From Chrysemys picta bellii (lineage: Eukaryota): DNA of 64,000 nucleotides. Location: the NCBI RefSeq assembly GCF_011386835.1, contig NC_088810.1, positions 248,001 to 312,000 of the forward strand, read 5' to 3'. The position numbers were made by a program, and so were the translations under genes. The notes below the pieces were generated by a model that saw only the letters and a list, made by a program, of their open reading frames with translations, did not search any database and was not told the origin of the DNA. This document shows positions 33,401 to 44,000 of the stretch, piece by piece (within the stretch, counting starts at the first letter, position 1; each line of letters starts with the position of its first letter).

Positions 33401-35160
33401 TGACAGTGCCCTGTCACTGCCCAGCTGGGAACCCAGTGCTGCGAGCTTCCCCCTATGACAGTGCCCTGTCACTGCCCACCTGGGAACCCAGTGCTGCGAG
33501 CTTCCCCCATGACAGTGCCCTGTCACTGCCCAGTCAGGAACCCAGCACTGTGAGCTTCCCCCACCACAGTGCCCTGTCACTGCCCAGCTGGGAACCCAAC
33601 GCTGTGAGCTTCCCTGCAGCAGTGCCCAGTCAGGCGCAGGGAGGGGCCGTGGGGGGTGGAGGAAGAGGAAGCCGGGGAGGAAATCTATCCCCCTCCCCTT
33701 CCAGTAAGAAGTTTGAACCACGGGACCATTACGCAGGAAGAAAACGTCGGCAGGGGGTGGGACCGGGATGGGGGAGGGCTACCCAGACGGGCCGGGGATT
33801 CCCCTTCCCAGCCGGGCTGGCTCGCTCTGTCTAGGCTCGCAGATGGGCCCCTTGCCCCCATGTCCGTGCTGGGGGCCCAGGGCTATTTAAACTCACCCCC
33901 CAACCCCCACTTACGTGTCTCCATCCTCGTCCTGCTTGGTCGCCGTAGCGATGTCAGCAGCCATCTGTGTCTGCAGGGGGCAGAGAAGGGGGTAGGGAGT
34001 GGCGGGGCGCCCCAGCAGGGGGGCCGGCAGCAGGGGGTGTGGGGCCACGGGGTGGAAGAAGGGGGCCCGCTCCGGGACCAGGAAAGGTCCGGTCAGACCT
34101 GGTGGGGGGAGAAGAACGGGGGTGCGTGAGCGAAAGAAGGGATCCCCCTTATACATCGCAAGGGACCCAGGAGTCCGGGCCCTGCACCTCCTGGATCTCC
34201 CCAATAACCCGTCCCTAGGGACCCAGGAGTCCGGGCCCTGCATCTCCTGGGGTCTCCCTCATAACCCGTCCCTAGGGACCCAGGAGTCCGGGGCCAGCAC
34301 CTCCTGGGGTCTCCCTCATAACCCGTCCCTAGGGACCCAGGAGTCTGGGCCCAGCACCTCCTGGGGCTCCCCCCCTAACCTCTCCCCCAAGAGACCCAGG
34401 AGTCCGGGGCCAGCACCCCCTGGGGCTCCCCCCCCATAACCCCTCCCCCAAGGGACCCAGGAGTCCGGGGCCAGTGCTACGTTTGACCAATCGCTTTACT
34501 GAAATCCTCACCCGGCCCCTGAGGCCAAGGGCACGGACTCGCCTCCGCCGCCCCCACCCCATTTCCCGGGCCCCCGGCGTCCGGGCGTGGGGGGCGGTCT
34601 CCAGCCCGTGGGATCTGTCCTGGCCACCCGCCAGCATCTGGGGAGGCGCCGGGTGTCTGCGGGGAAAGGAAGGAACCGGGGGTCCCCCGCGGGGGCGATG
34701 GGGGATCGGGGGGTCACCCACCTATGAGGTAGGGAGCTGGCAGGCGGCTGTACTCCACAGCCACGTAGGGGGGGCAGTAGCCGTTGCAGAAGGGGGGATG
34801 CTGCTCCCCGGAGGCGCCCTCCTGCCCCCCGTCGCTCTCCGTCTTGGGCACCTTCCCGGCGGGGGGTCCCGGCCGCTCCCAGCCCGGCCCCCGCACCACG
34901 TAGCGGCGTTTGCGCAGGGGCAGGGAGGTCTCCGCTTTCCTGCCCCCCTCGTCGGGGGGCCCCGGGCTCGGCGCCCCGAGGCGGGGGGGAGGAGTCCTTG
35001 GGCCCCCCGGGGCGCCGTGCCAGGGTGCAGGGAATGCCCCGCTGCCCTGAGGAGCCCGCTGCCCCCCGGAGTCTTTGGGACGGGGAACCCCGCTCCCATG
35101 GCACTCGGGGGTGTCCCCCTTCCGCCACGTCCTCAGGTCCACGGGCATCTCCTCCGCCAT
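27432..35160 (-). CDS. BCL3: B-cell lymphoma 3 protein (atypical IkB, ankyrin repeats); 624 aa predicted
   Basis: Nine phase-consistent exons 35160-34722, 34098-33915, 31435-31327, 30054-29853, 29647-29559, 29301-29224, 28996-28829, 28361-28241, 27916-27432 (1875 nt). Motifs PVDLRT, LPLRKR, ADIATATKQDEDGDT, LDIYNNMRQTPLHLAVIT, DIKSGRSPLLHAVENNSL, VIDILRGKA and terminal GGS* match human BCL3. Confidence 0.97.
28560..28820. repeat. Short C-rich minisatellite in BCL3 intron 7
   Basis: Repeated CGTCCTGCCRACCCTCCCCAGGCCCCTGCT. Confidence 0.85.
32320..33620. repeat. About 52-bp minisatellite (about 1.3 kb) in BCL3 intron 2
   Basis: About 25 units of GACAGTGCCCTGTCACTGCCCAGCTGGGAACCCAGYGCTGCGAGCTTCCCCCCAT. 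Confidence 0.95.
33794..33804. promoter_or_regulatory. Palindromic NF-kB (p50-type) site in BCL3 intron 2
   Basis: GGGGATTCCCC about 110 bp into intron 2; STAT-like TTCCAGTAA at 33699-33707 nearby. Confidence 0.55.
34160..34475. repeat. About 60-bp minisatellite in BCL3 intron 1
   Basis: About 5 units of GGGACCCAGGAGTCCGGGCC...CTCCTGGGG...ATAACCCGTCCCTA. Confidence 0.9.
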
Positions 35161-35514
35161 TCCTCAGGCTCCGGGGTCCCTTGCCCCCAGAGTGGGGGAG
35201 GGGTCGCCAGCCAAACCCGGCTCGATCTCCTGGGTCCTTTGCCCCCGGGGTGGGGGTGAGGGGGGGTCACCAGCCAAACGCCGCTCGGTCTCCTAGGTCC
35301 TTTGCCCCCAGGGTGGGGGAGGGGTCACCAGCCAAACCCCGTTCTGCCCTTTTGCAATCTCATCGCCTCAGCAGGTGCCCCCTGCAGCCCCGGGCACCTC
35401 CAGGGAGCGGGCGCGCAGGGAGGGGGCGGCCTGGCTGCCCCGTGGGTGCCCACAGCCCCCGACTGAAGCCAGGGAGGCTGCAGCAGGCTGCAGCGGGGTA
35501 GAGGAAGGGCCACC

Positions 35515-35555
35515 GGGACTTCCCCGGCCGCTCAGCTGAACGCTAGGGACTTTCA
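35515..35555. promoter_or_regulatory. Two kB-like sites in the BCL3 promoter/5' UTR region
   Basis: GGGACTTCCC (35515-35524, full consensus) and GGGACTTTCA (35546-35555, one mismatch) in a CpG-rich region 350-400 bp upstream of the ATG. BCL3 is an established NF-kB target. Confidence 0.55.
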
Positions 35556-37079
35556 GAGCCGCCTCTTACCCCGGGCTTGGGGTGGAGAATGACGGCCCCC
35601 GCCCCGCCCCTCGCCCGCCCCCAGGAGCGGCAGCGGCAGCGGCAGCAGGGGAGCCCCGGTGCGCCCAGGGCGCACGCTTGGCACGGGGCCCTGGGCGCAC
35701 CGCCCGCTTCCCGGACTCTCCCCTCCCCTCCCCACCGGAAACGCCCAGGAACGGGGGGGGGCGGCAGGGAACGCCCCGGGCTCGGCGGAGGAGGGAGGGA
35801 GGGAGGGAGGAGCGGGGAGGGCGCGTTCCAGACACGGTTAACCCCTTCCACCCCCCCGCCCCTGGCACGGAGAGACGGGGGCTGTCAGTGAAGGGGGCTG
35901 CGGGGCGGGCCAGGCCGCCCCATGCTCCTCTGGTGCCCTCCGTGCAGGGCACCCTGGCACCCTGCAGAGCGCGCCCGTCTGCCCCCGGCCCTGGCCCCGC
36001 AGGGCACGGGGCGGGAACGGGGGACCGGCTCGGGGCAGCAGGGACCGGGAGCCAGGGCCGTGCCAGGCACAAGCAGATTAAACAATTGATTAGGGCCCAG
36101 CCGCTCAAAGCGGCCCCATTGATTAGTTTGTGGGGGGGCCCCAATGGGCCGGGAGCCGGGGCCGGGACCATGGCAAGGGGGTAGCAGCAGGGCCGGGAAC
36201 ACGCTCCCAGGGCAGATGCCGGGGGCAGGGGCAGGTCTGAGTCACCCGGGGTGAATCCAGAATCACTGTGAACCCCCAGGGAGCTGTGGGTGGATGTGTC
36301 TCAGTCTGCCCCCCCCACCTTCCTCCCCACTTCTCCTTCCATCCCTCCCCCTGTCTGTCCATCCCTCCCCATCTCCGCTTAACCTCCTCCATCTCCCCCA
36401 CACCCTATCCCTCCCCCCACCCCTCTGTCCATCCCTCCCCATGTCCACTCAACCTCATCCAGCTCCCCCCACCCCCCATCCCTCCCCCCACCCCTCTGTC
36501 TGTCCACCCCTCCCCATCTCCACTCAACCCCCTCCAGCTCCCCCCATCTCTTCCTCATTCACCCTCCCTCCCCCACACTCTTCCAGCCCCCTCTATGTAT
36601 CCATCCCTCCCTCCCCCCACAGCACCTGAGAAATGCCCAGGGTGTGAGGGACCGTGTCCTGGGCCCAGACAGACCGCCAGCCCCTGGCTCAGGGCTGTGA
36701 CCCCAAATACAGCTGGGGAAACCGAGGGTGACTCAGCTACAACTCACAGCGAGTCACCAGCACAGCTGAGAATGGAACCCAGGAGTCCTGGCTCCCACCC
36801 CTCCCCCAAGGACTCTGTCACATCCGTGTTGCTCCTGCCCAGGTGGCAGGGATGGGTCCCGAGCCCACTGCAAAGGGCTGAGTTACTGAGGCCGGGGGGA
36901 GGGGGGAGAACAGAGACATGGGGACCCCATAGCTGGAGGGATGCGGGAGCAGGGGGTTCTAGGAGCAGTGGTTGGGTACACAGAGTGGGGGGGGGGGGTG
37001 GAAGACTTTGCCCTGTTGATCCAGTAGGGAATTTCCTGGGGTGGGGAGGTAGATAATTTACCTGCCTCCCCGGCTCCAC

Positions 37080-37540
37080 CACTCCCCCCTGCAGTGACCC
37101 CTCCCTGCTCCCCCTGCAGTGACCCCTACACTGCATTTCCACTGCTCCCCAGTGCAGTGACCTGCCCCACCCCCACTGCTACCCCTGCAGTGATCTTGCC
37201 CCACCCCACTGCTACCCCTGCAGTGACCCCTCCCTGCATCCTCACTGCACCCCTGCAGTGACCTCTGCCCCCACTTCCACTGCTCCCCACTGGAGTGACC
37301 CCTCCCTGCATCCCCACTGCACCCCTGCAGTGACCCCTGCCTCCACTCCCATGGCACCCCTGCAATGACAGCTGCCCTGCATCTCCACTGCTCCCCCTGC
37401 GGTGATCACTGCCCCCACTCCCCCACTGCACCCCTGCAGTGACCCCTCCCTGCATCCCCAGTGCAGTGACACCTCCCTGCATCCCCACTACCCCCCTGCA
37501 GTGACTCTTGCCCCCACTCCCACTGCACCCTTGCAGTGAC
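37080..37540. repeat. Degenerate minisatellite
   Basis: Repeated CCCACTGC(A/T)CCCCTGCAGTGACCCC. Confidence 0.85.
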
Positions 37541-38899
37541 ACTGTTGTCCCCCCCAGCCAGGTCTCTGTCCCACGGGTGCATGGGAGTGAGAAGTGCCAG
37601 GCTGTGGGGGTGCAGAACACACAAAGCCCTGCAATCAGAGAGAACAGCCGACTGTCCCTGGCCCAGCACCGAGGCACAGGGCCCAACCACCAATCTCTCA
37701 GCTCTCTGTGCACCTCTGCCCTGCTTCCCCCTGACCATGCACCCCCCCGTAACTCCTTCAAACAGCCCCCCCTTCTCCACGGCTCCGCCCCTGGAAGCAG
37801 GATCCGATTTACCAGAAGCGATGGGTTTGGAAAGTCCCTGCTCGCATCCTGCATCCCCCACTGGGTGGGGGGGGGAAGGAGCTGGGAGGGGGGGAGGTTG
37901 GGCCAGCAGTGACCCCTCATCCCCTGGGAGGCTGTGTTCTGCAGGGGAGCACAAGGATGAGTGTGTGAGCAGGCACCAGTGTGAAAGGGGGGGTGACAGC
38001 GCACACAGCTGTGCAGTGAGTGCACCACTGTGGGTACGTGTGCAAGGAGTGGGTGGTGGATGTGTCAGGATATGTAAGAGTGCAAGAAGGGTCAGAGAGT
38101 GCATCCTTGCATGAGTGTGCAAAGATCAGTGGTGAGGGTACAAGGGTGTGTGTGTGTGCAAGGACAGACAGCTGACAGAAATTGGTGGTGAGTGCTGGCG
38201 GGTGAGCGTGATCACGGGAGAATGGCGGTGAGTGTGCAAAGACCTGTTCGGTGAGAATGCAAAAAGGCAGCTGGGAGTGCCCTGATTCCCAGCCCCCCCC
38301 CCCCGAATCTCTAAACCCCCAGTCCCCTCCTAGAGTCAGGGAGAGAACCCAGGAGTCCTGGCTCCCAGCCCCCTGGTCTAACCCACCAGCCCCCACTCCC
38401 CTCCCAGAGCCAGAGAGAGAACCCAGGAGTTCTGGCTCCCAGCCCCCTGGTCTAACCCACCAGCCCCCACTCCCCTCCCAGAGCCAGGGAGAGAACCCAG
38501 GAGTCCTGACTGCTTGGGCCTTCACGCCCCCTCTTCTCCGGCCGGCCCCTCCCTCGAGGGATGCAGACGAGCATGGGGGGGGGGGGAGTTCCTCCATGGA
38601 CCCCTGAGGACCCCTGGTGGTGAAATGCGGAAATGCGCCTTTGTCCGGGTCTGTGGAGGGCCCGAGTGGGAGCGGGCGGGGCGGGGCGGCTGGTTGGATG
38701 GAGGCGGGACAAGACGCAGACTGACCCCCCCCCACTGCAGGGAGGGGGGGTGCCCACGGGGGGGCTCCTGTCAGTCTCTCCGGGGGAGCCAGGCTGCAGC
38801 AGTGTCTCCGGGGGGGTGCTCAGGAGGGGGGGTGCTCAGGAGAGGGGGGCAGGGAGCAGGGCAAAGGGGTCTCGGCGGGCGCTTCTGTGCCGCTGGGAG

Positions 38900-39960
38900 C
38901 GGGTCTAGGGCTGCGCTGTGGAGGCTCAGCAGGGGGCGCTGTGCTGTGGCGTGGGGGGCTCCGCAGGGGGCGGAGGGCTCGGCGGGGGGCTCTGTGGGGA
39001 GGGGGTTGGAGGCTTGGCGGGGGGCGCTGTGCTATGGGGAGGGGGCTCAGCAGGGCGCTGCGGGGAGCGGGTGGGTAGGGGGCGCTGCGGGCAGGGGGTG
39101 GGGGGCTCGGCGAGGGGCTCTGTGGGGACGGGGTTGGGGGCTCGGTAGGGGGCGCTGTGAAGAGGGGGTTGGGGGCTCGGTAGGGGGCGCTGTGGGGAGG
39201 GGGTTGTGGGCTCGGTAGGGGGCGCTGTGCTATGGGGAGGGGGCGCTGTGGGGAGGGGGTTGGGGGCTCGGTAGGGGGCGCTGTGCTATGGGGAGGGGGC
39301 GCTGCGGGGAGGGGGTTGGGGGCTCGGTAGGGGGCGCTGTGGGAAGGGTGTTGGGAGCTCGGTAGGGGGCGCTGTGCCATGGGGTGGGGGGCTCAGCAGG
39401 GGGCGCTGTGGGGAAGAGGGGGGCCAGGGGGTGGGGGGCTCGGCGAGGGGCGCTGTGGGGAATGGGTGGGGGGCTCGGTAGGGGGCGCTGTGCTATGGGG
39501 AGGGGGCGTTATAGGGAGGGGGTTGGGGGCTCAGCAGGGGGCGCTGCGGGCAGGGGGTGGGGGCTCGGCGAGGGGCTTTGTGGGGACGGGGTTGGGGACT
39601 CGGTAGGGGGCGCTGTGGGGAGGGTGTTGGGGGCTCGGTAGGCGGCGCTGTGCCATGGGGTGGGGGGCTCAGCAGGGGGCGCTGCGGGCAGGGGGTGGGG
39701 GCTCGGCGAGGGGCTCTGTGGGGACGGGTTTGGGGACTCGGTAGGGGGCGCTGTGGGGAAGGGGTTGGGGGCTCAGCAGGGGGCGCTATGGGGAGGGTGT
39801 TGGGGGCTCGGTAGGGGGCGCTGTGCCATGGGGTGGGGGCTCAGCAGGGGGCGCTGTGGGGAAGAGGGGGCAGGGGGTGGGGGCTCAGCAGCGGGCGCTA
39901 TGGGGAAGAGGGGGCAGGGGGTGGGGGACTCGGCGAAGGGCGCTGTGCTGTGGGGAGGGG
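38900..39960. repeat. G-rich about 35-bp minisatellite with an AGGGGGCGCT core
   Basis: About 19 exact AGGGGGCGCT copies, six of them as TCAGCAGGGGGCGC. Confidence 0.95.
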
Positions 39961-41066
39961 CTTGACCCAGTAGGATGGAGTGGGGGCAGGGGAGGGCCCC
40001 CCAGTTTCCCATGTGTCCGGAGGGGCCAGGATTCCCCAGCGGGGTTGGGGGTGGGGCCCCGGAGTGTGACTGGAGCCCGCCCCCCACCCCCGAGATCTCC
40101 GCTCCCTGCTCCCCAGTGAACCGCCATAGACTGAACCCAGCGGGGGGAGGGGGGGTTGGACCGGACGCTGGGGGCGGGGCGGTGTCCGTGTTATGCGGGC
40201 GGGGGGCGCGGGGGGGCTGTGTGTCTGACAGCACCGACCCCCCCCCCAGCAGCGCAGAGCCACCGCGAACAGGCGACGGGTGCAGGTCCCGCCTCGGCCC
40301 CGCGGGGGAGGGAGTCAGAGCCGGGAGGAGGCTGCCGTGAAGGAGACGGACAGACAGACAGACCGCCAGCCCCACCGGCCTCCCGAGGGGGCGGGCCCAG
40401 CACTTGGTAAGACACAGACACCTACAGCTGGGGGCCAGGACTCCTGGGTTCCGTCCCCGGCTCTGGGAAAGGAAGGGGGGCTGGTGGTGGGGGCTGGGGG
40501 CCAGGACTCCTGGGTTCCGTCCCTGGCTCTGGGAAAGGAAGGGGGTCTGGTGGTGGGGGCTGGGGGCCAGGACTCCTGGGTTCTGGCTCTGGGAGGGGAG
40601 TAGAATGGATAGACCCAGGGCCTAGGACTCCTGGGTTCTCTCTCAGCTCTGGGAGGGGAGTGGGGTCTAGTGGTTAGAGCGGGGGGGGGGGGGGGAGAGG
40701 CTGGGAGCCAGGACTCCTGGGTTCTCTCCCCTTATTTTTGATGTGCAGGGCACTCTCCCCCCCCCCCCCCCCGTCTGTTTCCCGGGCACCCGCCTCTCCA
40801 GCCCACGTTCCAGGCGCTGGGTGACTCAGGGCCAGACGGGTTGAGCAGCTCTTGAGTGCTGCCGCCCCCGCCCCTGCAGCCCTGCGCCCCGGTGGGAGGC
40901 CAGCGGAGATCCCGCATCCAAAGCCCATCGGAGGAGCTGAGCCTGGGACCTTTGGCAAAGGCACTTCAGCAAAGGGACCCAGGCATCCGACTGGGATCCT
41001 CTCTCAGGTGTCTTCTCCTCTCTCCACAGACTGTGACCCTCCCCTCTGCTCCTGCCTCCGGGGAGG

Positions 41067-44000
41067 ATGGAAGGGCCTTGTTTCTGGGACACCCCATATA
41101 AGGGGGTTCTGCTTGCAGGTGAGACAGAGCAGTGTGTTGGGGGAGCCCTGGGCTGGGCTAGGAGGGGTCTGTGGTTCGGGAGTGAGGGGCACCGGCAGAG
41201 CTGTGGGGGGAGCTCAGGGCTGGGCTAGCAGGGGTCTGTGGTTCGGGAGTGAGGGGCACCAGCAGAGCTGTGGGGGGAGCTCAGGGCTGGGCTAGCAGGG
41301 GTCTGCGGTTCGGGAGTGAGGGGCACCAGCAGAGCTGTGGGGGGAGCTCAGGGCTGGGCTAGCAGGGGTCTGTGGTTCGGGAGTGAGGGGCACCGGCAGA
41401 GCTGTGGAGTGAGGAGCCCAGGGCTGGGCTGGCAGGGGCTGCGGGTTGGGAGTGAGGGGCACCAGCAGAGCTGTGGGGGAGCTCAGGGCTGGGCTAGGAG
41501 GGGTCTGTGGTTCGGGAGTGAGGGGCACCGGCAGAGCTGTGGAGCGAGGAGCCCAGGGCTGGGCTGGCAGGAGGCTGCGGGTCGGGAGTGAGGGGCACCG
41601 GCAGAGCTGTGGAGCGAGGAGCCCAGGGCTGGGCTGGCAGGGGCTGCGGGTTGGGAGTGAGGGGCACCGGCAGAGCTGTGGAGCGAGGAGCCCAGGGCTG
41701 GGCTGGCAGGGGCTGCGGGTTGGGAGTGAGGGGCACCGGCAGAGCTGTGGGGGGAGCTCAGGGCTGGGCTGGCAGGGGCTGCGGGTTGGGAGTGAGGGGC
41801 ACCGGCAGAGCTGTGGGGGGAGCCCAGGGTTGGGCTGGCAGGGGTCTGCGGTTCGGGAGTGAGGGGCACCTTTCACCATCTCTCTTCCTCTCCCCTGTCC
41901 CGCCAGGCTGTCTCCTGTTGTGCTGGGGTCCCCGCGCTGTGGTTTGTACTGTTGTGGTGCACGTGATCCCGGAGGCTCCGTCCGTGGGGCAGAACATCAC
42001 TCTGTCCGTGGAAGTCGGCCTGGAGCTCCTGCGTCACTTCGACTGGTACCGTGGGCGGCTGACTGATGGCAGCACCCGCATCTTCAGCTACTTCCCGGGG
42101 CAGGACCGCCCCCAGCGCAACGGGGTGCAGTTCACGGGCCGCGAGGTTGGCTTTCCCAACGGGTCTCTGCTCCTCCGGGGCGCCCAGGCCAATGACAGCG
42201 GCATCTACCAGGTCGCCCTGCAGCTGGTGCCGCAGGGCAGCGAGAAGGGCACCGTGGAGCTGCGGGTGAGCGGTGAGTGGCCCCCCAGGGCCTGCCCCTT
42301 CCCCCAGACACCCCCAATCTCCCACGGCCCCCCTGACATGTCCACCCCCACCAGGGTGTGAGAGGAACAGCGTGGGGCTGCAGGTGGGTGGTAAATCACA
42401 TCCCAGAGACACCCCACCCTCTGGGACCCTCCGCAGGGATCCACCCGTCCCCCAGGGATCCCAGCACCATGGCCCCTCCACCACCCTGTGGGCAGGCGAG
42501 GTTGTAAAACTCACATGGGCTAAAGAATGAGCCGGTTACCTCAGCTAGTTGTCCTGCTGGTCTTTGGCTCTGTGTCCTTCGGCCAGAAAATTACTAGAAT
42601 CGGACGAGTTTAGTAGCAAAATAACATGGAAAGCAAATGAGAGCTGACAGCAAGCGTTCCGGACGGGCTGTATCGGGCCCCAGCAGAGGTGTTACAATGA
42701 CCAAGGGACAATCAATCCCAGCTGCTCTCCCACTACACGGGTCTGGGCTGGCGACCTAGCCCCTGAGCCAAAGCAGCTTGTGTGCCAGGGGATCACGGGG
42801 CTGCTTGTGGCAAGTCAACCAGCCAATGCTCCGGTGGGATTTGGAAATGGAGCCACGTCACTGCATGGCCTTGTCGGCTGTTGCCAGAGCCAGGGGGCCG
42901 GTTGTGCACGTGCAGGGCTATTGCGCACGAAACAGGCAGGGAGGGAGGCCGCAGGCCCCCAGGGCTGGTGCACTTGGTGGTGCAACCCGCAGCTCACAAA
43001 CCGATTCGGACCCTTTTCGTCTGGAGCCGCAGGGTCTGTGTGCGTGTGGCAGGCTCGGTTCTGTTAAACGCTGGGGTTCTTGCAGCGGCTTTCCCTGTCG
43101 GACTCAGCACTCTCGGGTACTTACTGACGCAGAATCGCGTCTACACCACTACGACCAAACTCGCTGACGCGATGCCAAGAGGCCGCGCGGAGCTCAGTCC
43201 CCTCAGGCGGGCCCGGCTGGAGACGTGAAACCCAGGCAGCCCTCGCGGGAGATTGTACCAGAGTAAACGTCGCACGATCACTGGAGCGAGGAGCGGGGAC
43301 ACGTTCCAGATCTGAGCCTGTGCCGCGGATCAGCTGGAGCTGGCATGGGTGGGTTCTGCCCTCGCTCCTGCAATGACCGGAGAGAGCCGGGCGTTCACTA
43401 GGTGACTCGCGCAGGGCGCTGGGTATAGAGCAGCTGTCTCTGGATTTCGCTGCTGTCTCTCCCCAGGGCCCTGCCCAGCGGAGCGAACCGGTGCTGTCAG
43501 TGAGGAGGCGCTAGCTGTGACCCCGTGGGGGGTGTTCTCATGGGCCAGAGATGCTTGGTCGCGGGGGAGTGAGGCACAGGGTGTTTGATACGATCGAGCG
43601 CTGCTCCGCACGGCAGCCTGGCCTGCTCCCTGCCCAGCACAGTGGCTGTGGCCAGCTGGAAAGCCAGGTTGGAAGCGTCCAGCCAGGATGTGAGCTGTGC
43701 CTTCTCCTCAGCCAGACAGGAAACAAGTTGTCTCCTCTGGGGCATCTTGCAATAGTGGGAAACTCCAGAGTTTCGGTGCAAAACCTCCTGGCTGGGGTGA
43801 GCCACGATGAGCCACCGCGTTTTGTGTGGGGCATGAGGGACCAGGCACCACTGGCTCTGTTCCAGGCTGCAGCCAGTTGGGGCAGTGACTTCCCATGGCC
43901 CAGTTGGGGCAGTGACTTCCCATGGCCCAGTCTGTGCTTGCCCCACCAGCAGGCCGTTGCAGAGTGTCTCCAGCACGTCCCTTCCCCTCGCGCAGGGCTC

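Noticed and set aside
24850-33620. CRISPR-like regular repeats
   Set aside because: Head-to-tail degenerate units without unique spacers, no cas genes, and a vertebrate intron/exon context.
36065-36140. Homeodomain/FOX-like motif cluster (GATTAAACAATTGATTAG, ATTGATTAG) upstream of BCL3
   Set aside because: Short motifs with no conservation data available; not distinguishable from chance.
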